Positions 45,096 to 53,990 are shown, counted from the first letter of the stretch. The stretch is DNA of 64,000 nucleotides from Dehalococcoidales bacterium (GCA_041652735.1 JBAZGT010000001.1:77197-141196); one strand, 5' to 3'. Program-made: numbers and translations. Notes: generated by a model from the letters alone, not told the origin.

Positions 45096-46037
45096 TTACC
45101 CGTTTTTTAGTCGCTCTATCATTGCACGGGCGGCGCGGCGGGGAGTCGTTTTACCCTGTAAAATGGCTTCCACCAGCTTTTCCAGGGAGTCGCCGGTATC
45201 AAGGGACTGTATCATGTCTTTAAGCTGTCCCTTGATGGTCTCCAGCAGCTCCAGCTTCACCCTTTCCCGCCGGCGCTCCAGCAGTTCGCCGCTGTTTTGG
45301 AGGTAATCACGGTGTTTCATCAAGGCGGCGGACAGCTCTTTTATTCCTTTATCGTTAACCGCCTCGGTCAAGACCAGGGGTACCGGCCAACCGCTTTCAG
45401 GGCGGGGGCGCATCGCCAGCATCGCCTCCAAATCGGTCTTGAGTCGGTCGGCGCCTTCCTTATCGGCCTTGTTGACGGCGATAACGTCCGCCGACTCCAG
45501 GATGCCGGCTTTCATCGCCTGGATTTCATCACCGGCGCCGGGAGCGAGCACCAGCAGCGTGGTGTCCGCCGCTTTAACGATATCCAGCTCCACCTGCCCC
45601 GACCCCACCGTCTCCACCAGGATAACGTCCTTGCCCAAGGCGTCCATGACCCGCGCCGCGCCGATGGCCGCTTTAGCCAGCCCCCCCACCCAGCCCCGGG
45701 TGGCCAGGGAGCGGATGAACACGGCGGGGTCGGCGGCATGGCGCTGCATGCGTATGCGGTCCCCCAGCAAAGCCCCGCCGGTCAGGGCGGAGGTGGGGTC
45801 GATAGCGATGACGCCCACAGACATTTTTTTCCCGCGGAACGAGGCTATAAGGCAGTCCGTCAGCGTGCTCTTGCCCACGCCGGGCGCGCCGGTCACGCCT
45901 ATGATATAGGCCCGCCCCGTGTGAGGGTACAGGCTTTCCATCTCCGCGAAAGCGTCCGGGCTTTCATCCTCGATGAGGGTGATAAGGCGGGCGGCGGCGG
46001 GGACGTCACCTTTCAATACTTTAGCGGCGAGGCTCAT
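45096..46037 (-). CDS. meaB: MeaB/ArgK-type G-protein chaperone of B12 acyl-CoA mutases
   Basis: GVTGAPGVGKSTL P-loop; ETVGSGQ and NKADK motifs. Start set at the ATG at 46037; the track TTG start at 46091 lies in a CAAG heptad repeat. Confidence 0.85.
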   Translation of the reverse strand: MSLAAKVLKGDVPAAARLITLIEDESPDAFAEMESLYPHTGRAYIIGVTGAPGVGKSTLTDCLIASFRGKKMSVGVIAIDPTSALTGGALLGDRIRMQRHAADPAVFIRSLATRGWVGGLAKAAIGAARVMDALGKDVILVETVGSGQVELDIVKAADTTLLVLAPGAGDEIQAMKAGILESADVIAVNKADKEGADRLKTDLEAMLAMRPRPESGWPVPLVLTEAVNDKGIKELSAALMKHRDYLQNSGELLERRRERVKLELLETIKGQLKDMIQSLDTGDSLEKLVEAILQGKTTPRRAARAMIERLKNG

Positions 46038-46074
46038 GGTAAATAAGAGTATAGCAGGGAAAAGTGACAGGAAA

Positions 46075-46100
46075 CAAGATACAAGATACAAGGGACAAGG
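46075..46100. repeat. CAAGNNN heptad tract (4 periods)
   Basis: CAAG at 46075, 46082, 46089 and 46096. Confidence 0.7.
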
Positions 46101-46240
46101 AGATATTAAAGAATAAAAGGAAATACTAAATCCTAAGCTCTAAATCCTAAACAATATCGAAAAACGAAGGTTTTAAACATCAAACGATTTAAATTTTGTC
46201 CCGGTTCACTGCGTTCACCGGGATGCCGTGTGGGGTTAAG
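46097..46240 (+). repeat. Left copy of a ~145-bp direct repeat flanking the FAD oxidoreductase gene
   Basis: AAGGAGATATTAAAGAATAAAAGGAAATACTAAATCCTAAGCTCTAAATCCTAAACAATATCGAAAAACGAAGGTTTTAAACATCAAACGATTTAAATTTTGTCCCG... The first ~107 nt differ from 48392-48499 by one indel and one mismatch. Confidence 0.85.
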
Positions 46241-46310
46241 AAGCGACACAAAAATTAAAGACACACCTAAAAAAGGAAAGATGGGATAACCGACCTCACC
46301 CCCTTAAGTT

Positions 46311-46336
46311 CCCCCTCTCCGTCGACGGAGAGGGGG
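46311..46336. repeat. Perfect 26-nt palindrome CCCCCTCTCCGTC/GACGGAGAGGGGG nested in an outer GACCTC...GAGGTC stem
   Basis: Read directly; outer arms lie at about 46291 and 46347. Confidence 0.8.
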
Positions 46337-46477
46337 CTAGGAGGAGAGGTCAGTAACAATAACCAAATGAAAAAGGGAAAGGGGGCAATTGTTTTTTTTA
46401 TTTTTTTGTTAAGGTCCACGTACGATTTGCAGCTAAGTAATTGTTTTTTGTTTTATGTTAAGCAGGTGGAAGGGGGT

Positions 46478-46560
46478 AGTAAACAGTAAACAGTAAACAG
46501 TTAACAGTAAACAGTAAACAGTTAATAGTTTACAGTTAATAGTTTACTGTAGACAGTATA
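46478..46560. repeat. 12-unit tandem heptamer array (AGTAAAC / AGTTAAC / AGTTAAT / AGTTTAC)
   Basis: Units start at 46478 and every 7 nt to 46555. The array is followed by the purine/G-run tract GGGGGTAAGGGGGAGAAAAGGAAGGGGAGG. Confidence 0.85.
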
Positions 46561-46652
46561 GGGGGTAAGGGGGAGAAAAGGAAGGGGAGGATGACGCGGG
46601 GGAGGCATGGCAATCAAAAAACACAGATAAAAAATGAAAAGAGAGGGAGAAG

Positions 46653-46720
46653 TAAAAACCCCCTGTGTCCCCTTCCGATTCACTACGTTCATACGGAATC
46701 TGCGACTTTACGAAAGGGGA
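46653..46720. repeat. CCCCTT...AAAGGGGA hairpin module (copy 4) with a nested CCGATTCAC...GTTCATACGG element in its loop
   Basis: TAAAAACCCCCTGTGTCCCCTT[CCGATTCACTACGTTCATACGGAATCTGCGACTTTACG]AAAGGGGA. Confidence 0.55.
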
Positions 46721-46846
46721 AGAGATGGCAGCTACGGGTAATCACAATTTTCCGCATCCATTCACTCCACCTTGTCATTCTTTTAACAAATGACTTAGAA
46801 TGTAGTGACCGCCGGACAGTCCGTTACGCAAAGGAGTAATAACACC

Positions 46847-48364
46847 GTGGTTGATTCGCCGAGAAAATTCGTCGTGCCGCAGCAGCCCATTCCCCCGGAA
46901 GAAATAAAGGAGACCTGCAATACCGATGTCGTGGTGGTGGGAGCGGGGGCATCCGGCAAGTCCGCCGCGCTTTCCGCCGCCCAGGCGGGCGCCAAGGTCA
47001 TCCAGATAGACAAGCACGTCACCTACCGCTGGGGCGGGGGCATGGTCGGCGCTATAGATAGTCGACTCCAGAAAAAACTGGGAGTAAAGGTGGACAAGGA
47101 CGAGGTCTGCCTCGACCTGATGAAGTGGTGCGGCAACAAGCCGGACCAGCGCCTCTACCGCGTCTGGGCGGACCACAGCGGCGCCATCATGGACTGGCTG
47201 ATGGATATCACGGACGCCGCCGGCATCAAGACCCTCCCCTCCCAGTGGCCCCGCCGCGGGGACTACCATCCGGAAACCGAATATTACAAGGACTACCCGG
47301 TGGCGCATATCCACTCGGACGGCATAGTCAAGGGGCTGTGCCACAAGCTGGCGCTGGATATCGTGCAGGACCTGGCCATAAAGCTCGGGGTGGACCTGCG
47401 CTACCAGACACCGGCAGTGCAGCTAATCCGGCAGGGCAACGGCCGGGTGACCGGGGTCATCGCCAAAAACAAGGCGGGCGGCTATATCCAGCTTAACGCG
47501 CGCAAGGCGGTCATCCTCTGCACCGGCGACTACGGCAACAACCCGTGGATGATGGAAAAGTGGTGCGCCCCGGCCGCGGAGGTGGCGCGCCGGCATAATA
47601 TCTACATGACCCGCAACGACGACCTGCTGGCCGCCAAAGAGCCTTTGAACGTGGGCGACGGGCACCAGATGGGGATGCTGGTGGGCGCCCTGATGGAACC
47701 GGGACCCCACGCCCCGATGTCCCACGCCACGGTAGGCCCCTCCGGCGCCAACGCCTTCCTGCGGGTGAATATCGACGGGGAGCGGTTCGAGAACGAGGAC
47801 GTGCCCGCCCAGAGCAGCGCCAACTCGCTGGTGCGGCAGCCCGGCCAGCGGGTGTGGCAGGTATTCGACAGCAAATGGGAAAAGGAAATCAGGCATATGG
47901 GGGTGGGGCTGGGCACCTTTAACGAAGCCAACGACATGGTGCGGGGCAGGGTGGAGGAGCTGTGCCTCAAAGCGGACACCATCGAAGGGCTGGCCCGGAA
48001 AATGGAAGTGCCCGCGGCAGCTTTTAAAGCTACAGTAACAAGAAATAATATGTTGGCGAGAGCCGGGAAAGATACAGACTACGGCAAACGCGCCGACCGC
48101 CTGACCACCGTGGAAAAACCGCCGTTCTACGCCGGCATCATCGAGCAGCATATCCTGGTGGTGCTGGGGGGGCTGATAACCAACCCGCAGTTCCAGCCGC
48201 TGGACGCGGACCGTAAAGTAATCCCCGGGCTTTACCTGGCCGGCAATACCGTGGGCAACCGGTTCGCGGTAGACTACCCCACCATGTGCGCCGGTCTGAG
48301 CCACGGGTTCGCCTGGCTTTCCGGTCGGTTCACCGGCTTGAGCGCCGCGGCGGAGCAGGGGTAG
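46847..48364 (+). CDS. FAD-dependent oxidoreductase (FAD_binding_2; fumarate reductase / KstD-like flavoprotein)
   Basis: DVVVVGAGASGKSAAL dinucleotide fold; C-terminal GLYLAGN. Start set at the GTG at 46847, 10 nt after AAGGAG; the track start at 46805 is also possible. Confidence 0.8.
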   Translation: MVDSPRKFVVPQQPIPPEEIKETCNTDVVVVGAGASGKSAALSAAQAGAKVIQIDKHVTYRWGGGMVGAIDSRLQKKLGVKVDKDEVCLDLMKWCGNKPDQRLYRVWADHSGAIMDWLMDITDAAGIKTLPSQWPRRGDYHPETEYYKDYPVAHIHSDGIVKGLCHKLALDIVQDLAIKLGVDLRYQTPAVQLIRQGNGRVTGVIAKNKAGGYIQLNARKAVILCTGDYGNNPWMMEKWCAPAAEVARRHNIYMTRNDDLLAAKEPLNVGDGHQMGMLVGALMEPGPHAPMSHATVGPSGANAFLRVNIDGERFENEDVPAQSSANSLVRQPGQRVWQVFDSKWEKEIRHMGVGLGTFNEANDMVRGRVEELCLKADTIEGLARKMEVPAAAFKATVTRNNMLARAGKDTDYGKRADRLTTVEKPPFYAGIIEQHILVVLGGLITNPQFQPLDADRKVIPGLYLAGNTVGNRFAVDYPTMCAGLSHGFAWLSGRFTGLSAAAEQG

Positions 48365-48391
48365 GAGAGTAAGTAGTTAGTGGCAAGATAC

Positions 48392-48536
48392 AAGGAGATA
48401 TTAAAGAATAAAAAGGAAATACTAATTCCTAAGCTCTAAATCCTAAACAATATCGAAAAACGAAGGTTTTAAACATCAAACGATTTAAATTTTGTCCCGA
48501 TTCACTTAGTTCATCGGGATACCGCATGAGTTAAGA
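48392..48536 (+). repeat. Right copy of the ~145-bp direct repeat flanking the FAD oxidoreductase gene
   Basis: See 46097..46240. It is preceded by NAAG/TTAG heptads at 48370, 48377, 48384 and 48391. Confidence 0.85.
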
Positions 48537-48582
48537 GAATCAGTATTTAGTGATTACCGGTAACTTCCCAGAGGAGGCACAC

Positions 48583-49023
48583 ATGGACGTTAAAGAGCTG
48601 GAAAAACGCTTGCAGGCGATGGAAGACCTGGAGGCTATCAAACAGATGCACCAGGAATACATGCTGTGCCTGGATAATATCCAGTTCACCAAAGCGCTGG
48701 ACTTTTTCACGGACGACGCGGAGGTGGAGGTACGCCACTCCGGCGTGATGAAGGGCCGGGAGAACTACTCCAGAATATACACGGGAACCCTGGCCATGCG
48801 CAAAGAGCGCCATGACGGGCACCTCGTGGCCCAGCCGAACGTTACCGTGAACGGGGATACGGCCAAAGGGCACTGGATTGTCTACATGTTCTTTTCCGTC
48901 CCTACCATACAATGGGTGCAAGGCCGGCATGACTGCGAGTACCGGAAAGTAAACGGGGTATGGAAGTTCAGCAAGCTGAAGTTCGCGCGGACGCTGGCTT
49001 CCCAGCCGGAGCTATATCCCTAA
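48583..49023 (+). CDS. SnoaL-like / NTF2-superfamily protein
   Basis: GAGGAGG RBS at 48571-48577 and ATG at 48583; MDVKELEKRLQAMEDLEAIKQMHQEY... is typical of SnoaL_4-type proteins. Confidence 0.65.
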   Translation: MDVKELEKRLQAMEDLEAIKQMHQEYMLCLDNIQFTKALDFFTDDAEVEVRHSGVMKGRENYSRIYTGTLAMRKERHDGHLVAQPNVTVNGDTAKGHWIVYMFFSVPTIQWVQGRHDCEYRKVNGVWKFSKLKFARTLASQPELYP

Positions 49024-49739
49024 AGCGATTTATGCCCGGCCAGCCGTCTTTCCAGCTCCAGCCCCTCAGCTAAAGGCAGGTCCAGGCCGCGCCAGACCGC
49101 CTGCTTGGCGGCGCGCACGGCGCGGGAATCATACGACTGTATTTTTTTGGCGAGTTTTGCCGCTTCCTCATACAGGGCGGGGCGGGGCATGATACGGTTG
49201 ACCAGCTTTAGCTTGAGAGCCTCCCTGGCGTCAATCCAGCGGCCGCTCATGAGTATCTCCAGCGCCGCCGCCTGCCCGATAGCCCGGGGTAAAGTCTGGC
49301 TCCCCCCCGCCGCCGGTATAATGCCCAGTCCCGGCTCCGGCAGCCCGAAGCGGGCGTCATCCGAGGCCAGGCGGATATCACAGCAGAGGGACATCTCGAT
49401 GCCGGAGCCCAGCACGTAGCCGTGCATGGCGGCGATGACCGGCTGCGCCACGCTTAAAAACCGACCCCAGATATCGCGCTCAAAGCGCGCCTGCCGGGCG
49501 AAAACGGGGGGAGGGGCGGTCAAAAACTCGGTGAGGTCAGCGCCGGCGCAGAAGGCCTTTTCCCCGGCGCCTTTCAGTATCACCACATCCACCTCGCTAT
49601 CGTCCTTGATAGCGCCCAGGACCTCATAAAGCTCGTCCCGCATCCTGACGCTGTAGGCGTTCAGGGCTTTGGGGCGGTTGAGGGTAATCCAGGCGATGCC
49701 GTCCTGTTTTTCATAGATAATAACTTCAAAATCGCTCAT
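49020..49739 (-). CDS. Enoyl-CoA hydratase/isomerase (crotonase) family
   Basis: MSDFEVIIYEKQDGIAWITLNRPKALNA; FCAGADL oxyanion-hole block. Start trimmed to the ATG at 49739. Confidence 0.88.
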   Translation of the reverse strand: MSDFEVIIYEKQDGIAWITLNRPKALNAYSVRMRDELYEVLGAIKDDSEVDVVILKGAGEKAFCAGADLTEFLTAPPPVFARQARFERDIWGRFLSVAQPVIAAMHGYVLGSGIEMSLCCDIRLASDDARFGLPEPGLGIIPAAGGSQTLPRAIGQAAALEILMSGRWIDAREALKLKLVNRIMPRPALYEEAAKLAKKIQSYDSRAVRAAKQAVWRGLDLPLAEGLELERRLAGHKSL

Positions 49740-49912
49740 ACATCTTCCCCAGATAATAGTAGCAGTCCGGGCACGCCCCCTGTCAAGTGACGGCGGCAAG
49801 TTTTTTACTCCACCCCTGTATTGTAGTAATATTATGGGATACCGGGGAAAGCCGGAGATATTCCCCAGCTACCCGGCGCTGCCGCAAAAGTAAAAGATTG
49901 GCGGGGTAAAAC

Positions 49913-50773
49913 ATGGCCGACGATAGAGTGCTGGTTTTGGCCGGGGCGCACCCGGACGATGAGTCATTCGGGGTGGGGGGGACGCTGGCGCAGTACGCCG
50001 CGGACGGCGTGAAGGTCTATTATATCTGCGCCACGCGGGGGGAAGTGGGCGAGGTGGAGCCGGAAATGCTCAAGGGCTACGAGTCCATCGCCGATTTGCG
50101 CACGCACGAGCTGGAATGCGCCGGGAAAGCGCTCGGCCTGACCGGGGTTATTTACCTGGGCTACCGCGACTCCGGCATGGCGGGGACAGCGGACAACAAG
50201 CACCCGCAGGCTTTGGCCGCCGCCCCGCTCGACGAGGCGGCCGGGCGCATCGTGAAAATATTACGTAAACTCAAGCCGCAGGTGGTGATCACCTTCGACC
50301 CCATCGGCGGCTATCATCACCCCGACCATATCGCCATACACCAGGCCACGGTCAAGGCGTTCCAGGCCGCCGCTGACGCGGCGCAGTACCCGGAGGCGGG
50401 GCCTCCCTACCGGCCGCAGAAGCTTTACTACCACGTTTTCCCGCACCGCTGGCTCAAGTTCACGGTAAGGGTGATGACGCTGCTGGGGCGGGATATGCAC
50501 CACTTCGGGAAGAACCGGGACATAGACCTGGCAGAGATGACCCAGGAAGAGTTCCCGGTGCACGCCGTCGTCCGCCTGAAGAAGCCGGCCAACGAGATGC
50601 GGGCCAGGGCCGCGGCCTGCCACGCCAGCCAGATGGGGGGCGGCGGCCCGCGCGGGCGGGGCCTGATGGGCGTCATCAACCGGCTGCTGGGGCAAAAGGA
50701 CTCATTTATGCGGGGCTACCCGCCGGTCAAGGGACGCCGTAAAGAGAAGGACTTGTTCGAGGGGGTAGTGTGA
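49913..50773 (+). CDS. PIG-L / LmbE family N-acetylglucosaminyl deacetylase
   Basis: AHPDDESFGVGGTLA and HPDH motifs. Confidence 0.85.
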   Translation: MADDRVLVLAGAHPDDESFGVGGTLAQYAADGVKVYYICATRGEVGEVEPEMLKGYESIADLRTHELECAGKALGLTGVIYLGYRDSGMAGTADNKHPQALAAAPLDEAAGRIVKILRKLKPQVVITFDPIGGYHHPDHIAIHQATVKAFQAAADAAQYPEAGPPYRPQKLYYHVFPHRWLKFTVRVMTLLGRDMHHFGKNRDIDLAEMTQEEFPVHAVVRLKKPANEMRARAAACHASQMGGGGPRGRGLMGVINRLLGQKDSFMRGYPPVKGRRKEKDLFEGVV

Positions 50774-50910
50774 ACAACAACCTGTTTGGTTTTACACCAT
50801 CCGCTCATGGTGAGTGAGCGACTTTGTCGCCATCCCGCACCGATTCGTACCTCATCCGGTGTCCCGCATGACCATAGGGAATCGGGACATGACGAAGGAA
50901 TCGGGACCTG

Positions 50911-51202
50911 TCGAACCATAGCGGGACAACTTCACCCTTCGACGAGCTCAGGGTGAGCGGATAATTGCGTTGTGATATGCGCCCCGCTCATGGTGAGCTT
51001 GCCTGCCCTTCATAGCTTCAGCGTAGTAGGGTCGAACCATAGCGGGACAACTTCACCCTTCGACGAGCTCAGGGTGAGCGGAGAATTGTGTTGTGATATG
51101 CGCCCCGCTCATGGTGAGCTTGCCTGCCCTTCATAGCTTCAGCGTAGTAGGGTCGAACCATAACGGGACAACTTCACCCTTCGACGAGCTCAGGGTGAGC
51201 GG
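50911..51202. repeat. 121-bp tandem repeat, 2.4 copies, built from two REP-type hairpins
   Basis: Units start at 50911, 51032 and 51153. Copies 1 and 2 differ at 2 positions. Each unit contains TTCACCCTTCGACGAGCTCAGGGTGAGCGG and CCGCTCATGGTGAGC...TCGAACCATAGCGG. Confidence 0.9.
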
Positions 51203-51222
51203 TGTAAAAACACTCCCTCGCC

Positions 51223-51963
51223 CTACTCCCCCTTATAATCCGGTTGGCGTTTTTCCAGGTAGGACTTTATCCCCTCGGTGCGGTCGGTGGTGGTGTGCAG
51301 CAGAAAATAGAGGTCGGCCTCCAGCCTCAAGCCCTGCTCCAGCGTCATATCCATGCCCTTGATAATAGCTTCCTTGAGATACCTTAAAGCGAGCGGGCCC
51401 TTGGCGGCGATGGTCGCCGCCAGCTTTTGGGCCTCCCCGGCCAGCTCCCCGGCGGGAAAGACGTTACTCACCAGCCCTATTTCCAGCGCCGGCGCGGCGG
51501 TTATCGCATCCGCGGTCAGGAGCATTTCCAAAGCTTTCCCCCGGCCCACGATGCGCGGCAGACGCTGGGTGCCGCCGTCCCCCGGAAGAAGGCCCCCCGC
51601 CACCTGTGGCAGTCCCAGGCGCGCCGTGTCCGCGGCAATCCTGATATCCGCGCTCAAAGCTATTTCCAGTCCCAGCCCCATTGCGTCCCCGTTGATAGCG
51701 GCGATAACCGGCCGGTCGATAGCGGCTACCGCCGCAGCAGGCTTGCAGTCCTCATTCAGCCCCGCCTCCCCGCCCAGAGAAAAAGCGTCCCCCGCCCCGG
51801 TCAGCACCACCACATAAATGTCTGCGTCATCCCTGATTTGGCCGCAGGCTTCCACCAGGGCGATGGCAAGCTCATTATCAATAGCGTTGCCCCGGGCGGG
51901 ACGGTTCAGCGTGATGACAGCTATATGCTCTTTTTTGGAGAATATTACCGGTGCTGCTGGCAT
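51223..51963 (-). CDS. Enoyl-CoA hydratase/isomerase (crotonase) family
   Basis: 246 aa; HIAVITLNRPARGNAI and LTGAGDAFSLGG blocks. Confidence 0.88.
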   Translation of the reverse strand: MPAAPVIFSKKEHIAVITLNRPARGNAIDNELAIALVEACGQIRDDADIYVVVLTGAGDAFSLGGEAGLNEDCKPAAAVAAIDRPVIAAINGDAMGLGLEIALSADIRIAADTARLGLPQVAGGLLPGDGGTQRLPRIVGRGKALEMLLTADAITAAPALEIGLVSNVFPAGELAGEAQKLAATIAAKGPLALRYLKEAIIKGMDMTLEQGLRLEADLYFLLHTTTDRTEGIKSYLEKRQPDYKGE

Positions 51964-52074
51964 TTCAAATTACCTCAAAGTAATCTTAAACCGCCGCGCG
52001 CGGGAACGTCAAGCGGGGCGGCTCAAGCCGGTTGTATTAATTGTAATAGTATAACTAGTATATTGTTTACAATG

Positions 52075-52104
52075 TTGACCATTTTTCCCGGCGGCCCGTA
52101 TAAT
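52075..52104 (+). promoter_or_regulatory. Sigma70-like promoter candidate for the second AOR gene
   Basis: TTGACC (52075-52080), 18-nt spacer, TATAAT (52099-52104); AAGGAG RBS at 52129-52134; ATG at 52142. Confidence 0.45.
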
Positions 52105-52141
52105 AAGAGACACCGGAGAATTTCCCTGAAGGAGTTAAAAA

Positions 52142-53950
52142 ATGGCTGGAGGATACATCGGCAAACTTTTGTTCGTGGACCTTACCACCGGGAATATTAA
52201 AGAAGAGACCCCGGCGGATGAGCTATACCGTGATTTCATCGGGGGGTACGGGGTGGGCGCCCGCATACTGTACAGTCGGCAAAAGGGCGGCGTCGACCCG
52301 CTGGGACCGGAGAACACGCTGGGCGTGATTACCGGCCCCCTGACCGGCTCCCCTGCCCCGATGGGCTGCCGCTACGCGGTGGTGGGCAAATCACCGCTGA
52401 CAGGAGGGTGGGGAGACGCCAACTGCGGCTCGGACTTCGGGCCGCACCTGAAATTCGCCGGGTATGACGGCGTTTTCTTTACCGGCATCGCGCCCAAGCC
52501 GGTGTATTTGTTTATCGATAACGGCCAGGCCTCGCTGCGGGACGCCGCCCACCTCTGGGGCAAGAGCACCTTCGAGACGGACGATATCCTCAAAGGGGAA
52601 ATCGGCAATGCGGCCAGAGTTATGTCAATCGGCCCGGCGGGGGAGAAGCTGTCCCTCATCGCGGGCATCATCACCAATAAGGGGTCGGCGGCGGGGCGTT
52701 CCGGGCTGGGGGCGGTGATGGGCTCCAAAAAGCTGAAAGCGATAGCGGTGGCCGGTACCGGAAAAGTGCCGCTGGCCGACCCGGCAGCCGTGGAAAAACT
52801 GAGGAAAGAATACCTGCCGGCTTTCCAGGGGCACGGCCTGCACATCAACGGCACGGTGGGCCATGCCGATAGCTCCGCGCACAGCGGGGACTCGCCGGTG
52901 AAAAACTGGGGCGGGGTGGGAGTCGTCGATATGCCGGACGTGTCCGGCCTGCATATAAACGTTTTTAACGCCAACCTGACCAGCCGGGGCGGCTGCTGGC
53001 ATTGCCCGGTGGCCTGTCACGGCCGACTCAACCAGGGGCCAGGCGAATATAAGTATCCCGCCGGCACCAAGCGGCCGGAGTACGAGACCGCCGCCGCCTT
53101 CGGGGCGATGTGCCTGAACACGGACGCCGAGGCCATCACCATGGCCAACCACATCTGCAACTATTACGGCGTGGACACCATTTCCACGGGCACGACGATA
53201 GCGTTCGCGATGGAGTGCTACGAACACGGTATTATCACGAAAAAAGACACGGACGGCATCGAGCTAAAGTGGGGCGACCACCGCGCCATGATTGCCATGA
53301 CCGAGAAGCTGGCCAGGCGCGAAGGCTTCGGCGATGTGCTGGCGGACGGCGTGAAAAAAGCGGCGGAGAGAATCGGCAAGGGCGCGGCGGACTTTGCCGT
53401 ACACATCGGCGGGCAGGAGCTGGGGCTGCACGACCCCAAGTTTGATTTTCCCGCCTTTGCCGGCACGCCAACCTCGGCCAAATACGCCGTGGACGCCGCC
53501 CCCGGCCGCCATACCGGCGGCTTCGGGCCGACGCACTATTCCTGGCTGGTGATAAACGCCGCCGGCTTGTGCCTGCACATCAACACGGTAGTGAACGGCG
53601 CCAAGTTCGCCACCGATTTCCTGGCCGCCGTGACCGGCTGGGACAGGCCGCTGGAGGAGATTTTAAGATGCGGGGCGCGCATCGGCGCGATGCGGCATGT
53701 CTTTACCCTGCGGGAGGGGGACAACCCGCTGCTGCGTAAAGTCCATGGCCGCATCACCGGCCGCCCGCCGCAAAAGGAAGGACCGCTGGCCGGCGTTACC
53801 ACCGACCACGAGGCGCAGGTTTACTGGAACCTGGGCGCGCTGGACTGGGACAGGGTGACGGCCAAACCCAGCCAACAGAAGCTGCTGGAGCTGGGACTGG
53901 ATGACGTGGCGGCGGAACTCTGGCCGCCCAAACAGAAACCGGGGCGTTAG
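52142..53950 (+). CDS. Aldehyde:ferredoxin oxidoreductase family enzyme, paralog 2
   Basis: 602 aa; MAGGYIGKLLFVDLTTGNIKEE...FIGGYGVGARILY. Confidence 0.88.
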   Translation: MAGGYIGKLLFVDLTTGNIKEETPADELYRDFIGGYGVGARILYSRQKGGVDPLGPENTLGVITGPLTGSPAPMGCRYAVVGKSPLTGGWGDANCGSDFGPHLKFAGYDGVFFTGIAPKPVYLFIDNGQASLRDAAHLWGKSTFETDDILKGEIGNAARVMSIGPAGEKLSLIAGIITNKGSAAGRSGLGAVMGSKKLKAIAVAGTGKVPLADPAAVEKLRKEYLPAFQGHGLHINGTVGHADSSAHSGDSPVKNWGGVGVVDMPDVSGLHINVFNANLTSRGGCWHCPVACHGRLNQGPGEYKYPAGTKRPEYETAAAFGAMCLNTDAEAITMANHICNYYGVDTISTGTTIAFAMECYEHGIITKKDTDGIELKWGDHRAMIAMTEKLARREGFGDVLADGVKKAAERIGKGAADFAVHIGGQELGLHDPKFDFPAFAGTPTSAKYAVDAAPGRHTGGFGPTHYSWLVINAAGLCLHINTVVNGAKFATDFLAAVTGWDRPLEEILRCGARIGAMRHVFTLREGDNPLLRKVHGRITGRPPQKEGPLAGVTTDHEAQVYWNLGALDWDRVTAKPSQQKLLELGLDDVAAELWPPKQKPGR

Positions 53951-53990
53951 CCCCGGCTGAGAACAGGTCAATATTAAAGGAAAAGGAAAC

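Noticed and set aside
46591-46839. 82-aa ORF in the repeat mosaic upstream of the FAD oxidoreductase
   Set aside because: It spans hairpin modules and low-complexity DNA, has no RBS, and its translation is Lys/Arg-rich nonsense. It was treated as non-coding.
50911-51202. Possible CRISPR array
   Set aside because: The whole 121-bp unit, including what would be spacers, is repeated at about 98% identity. There are no unique spacers and no cas genes, and the unit is made of REP hairpins found elsewhere.
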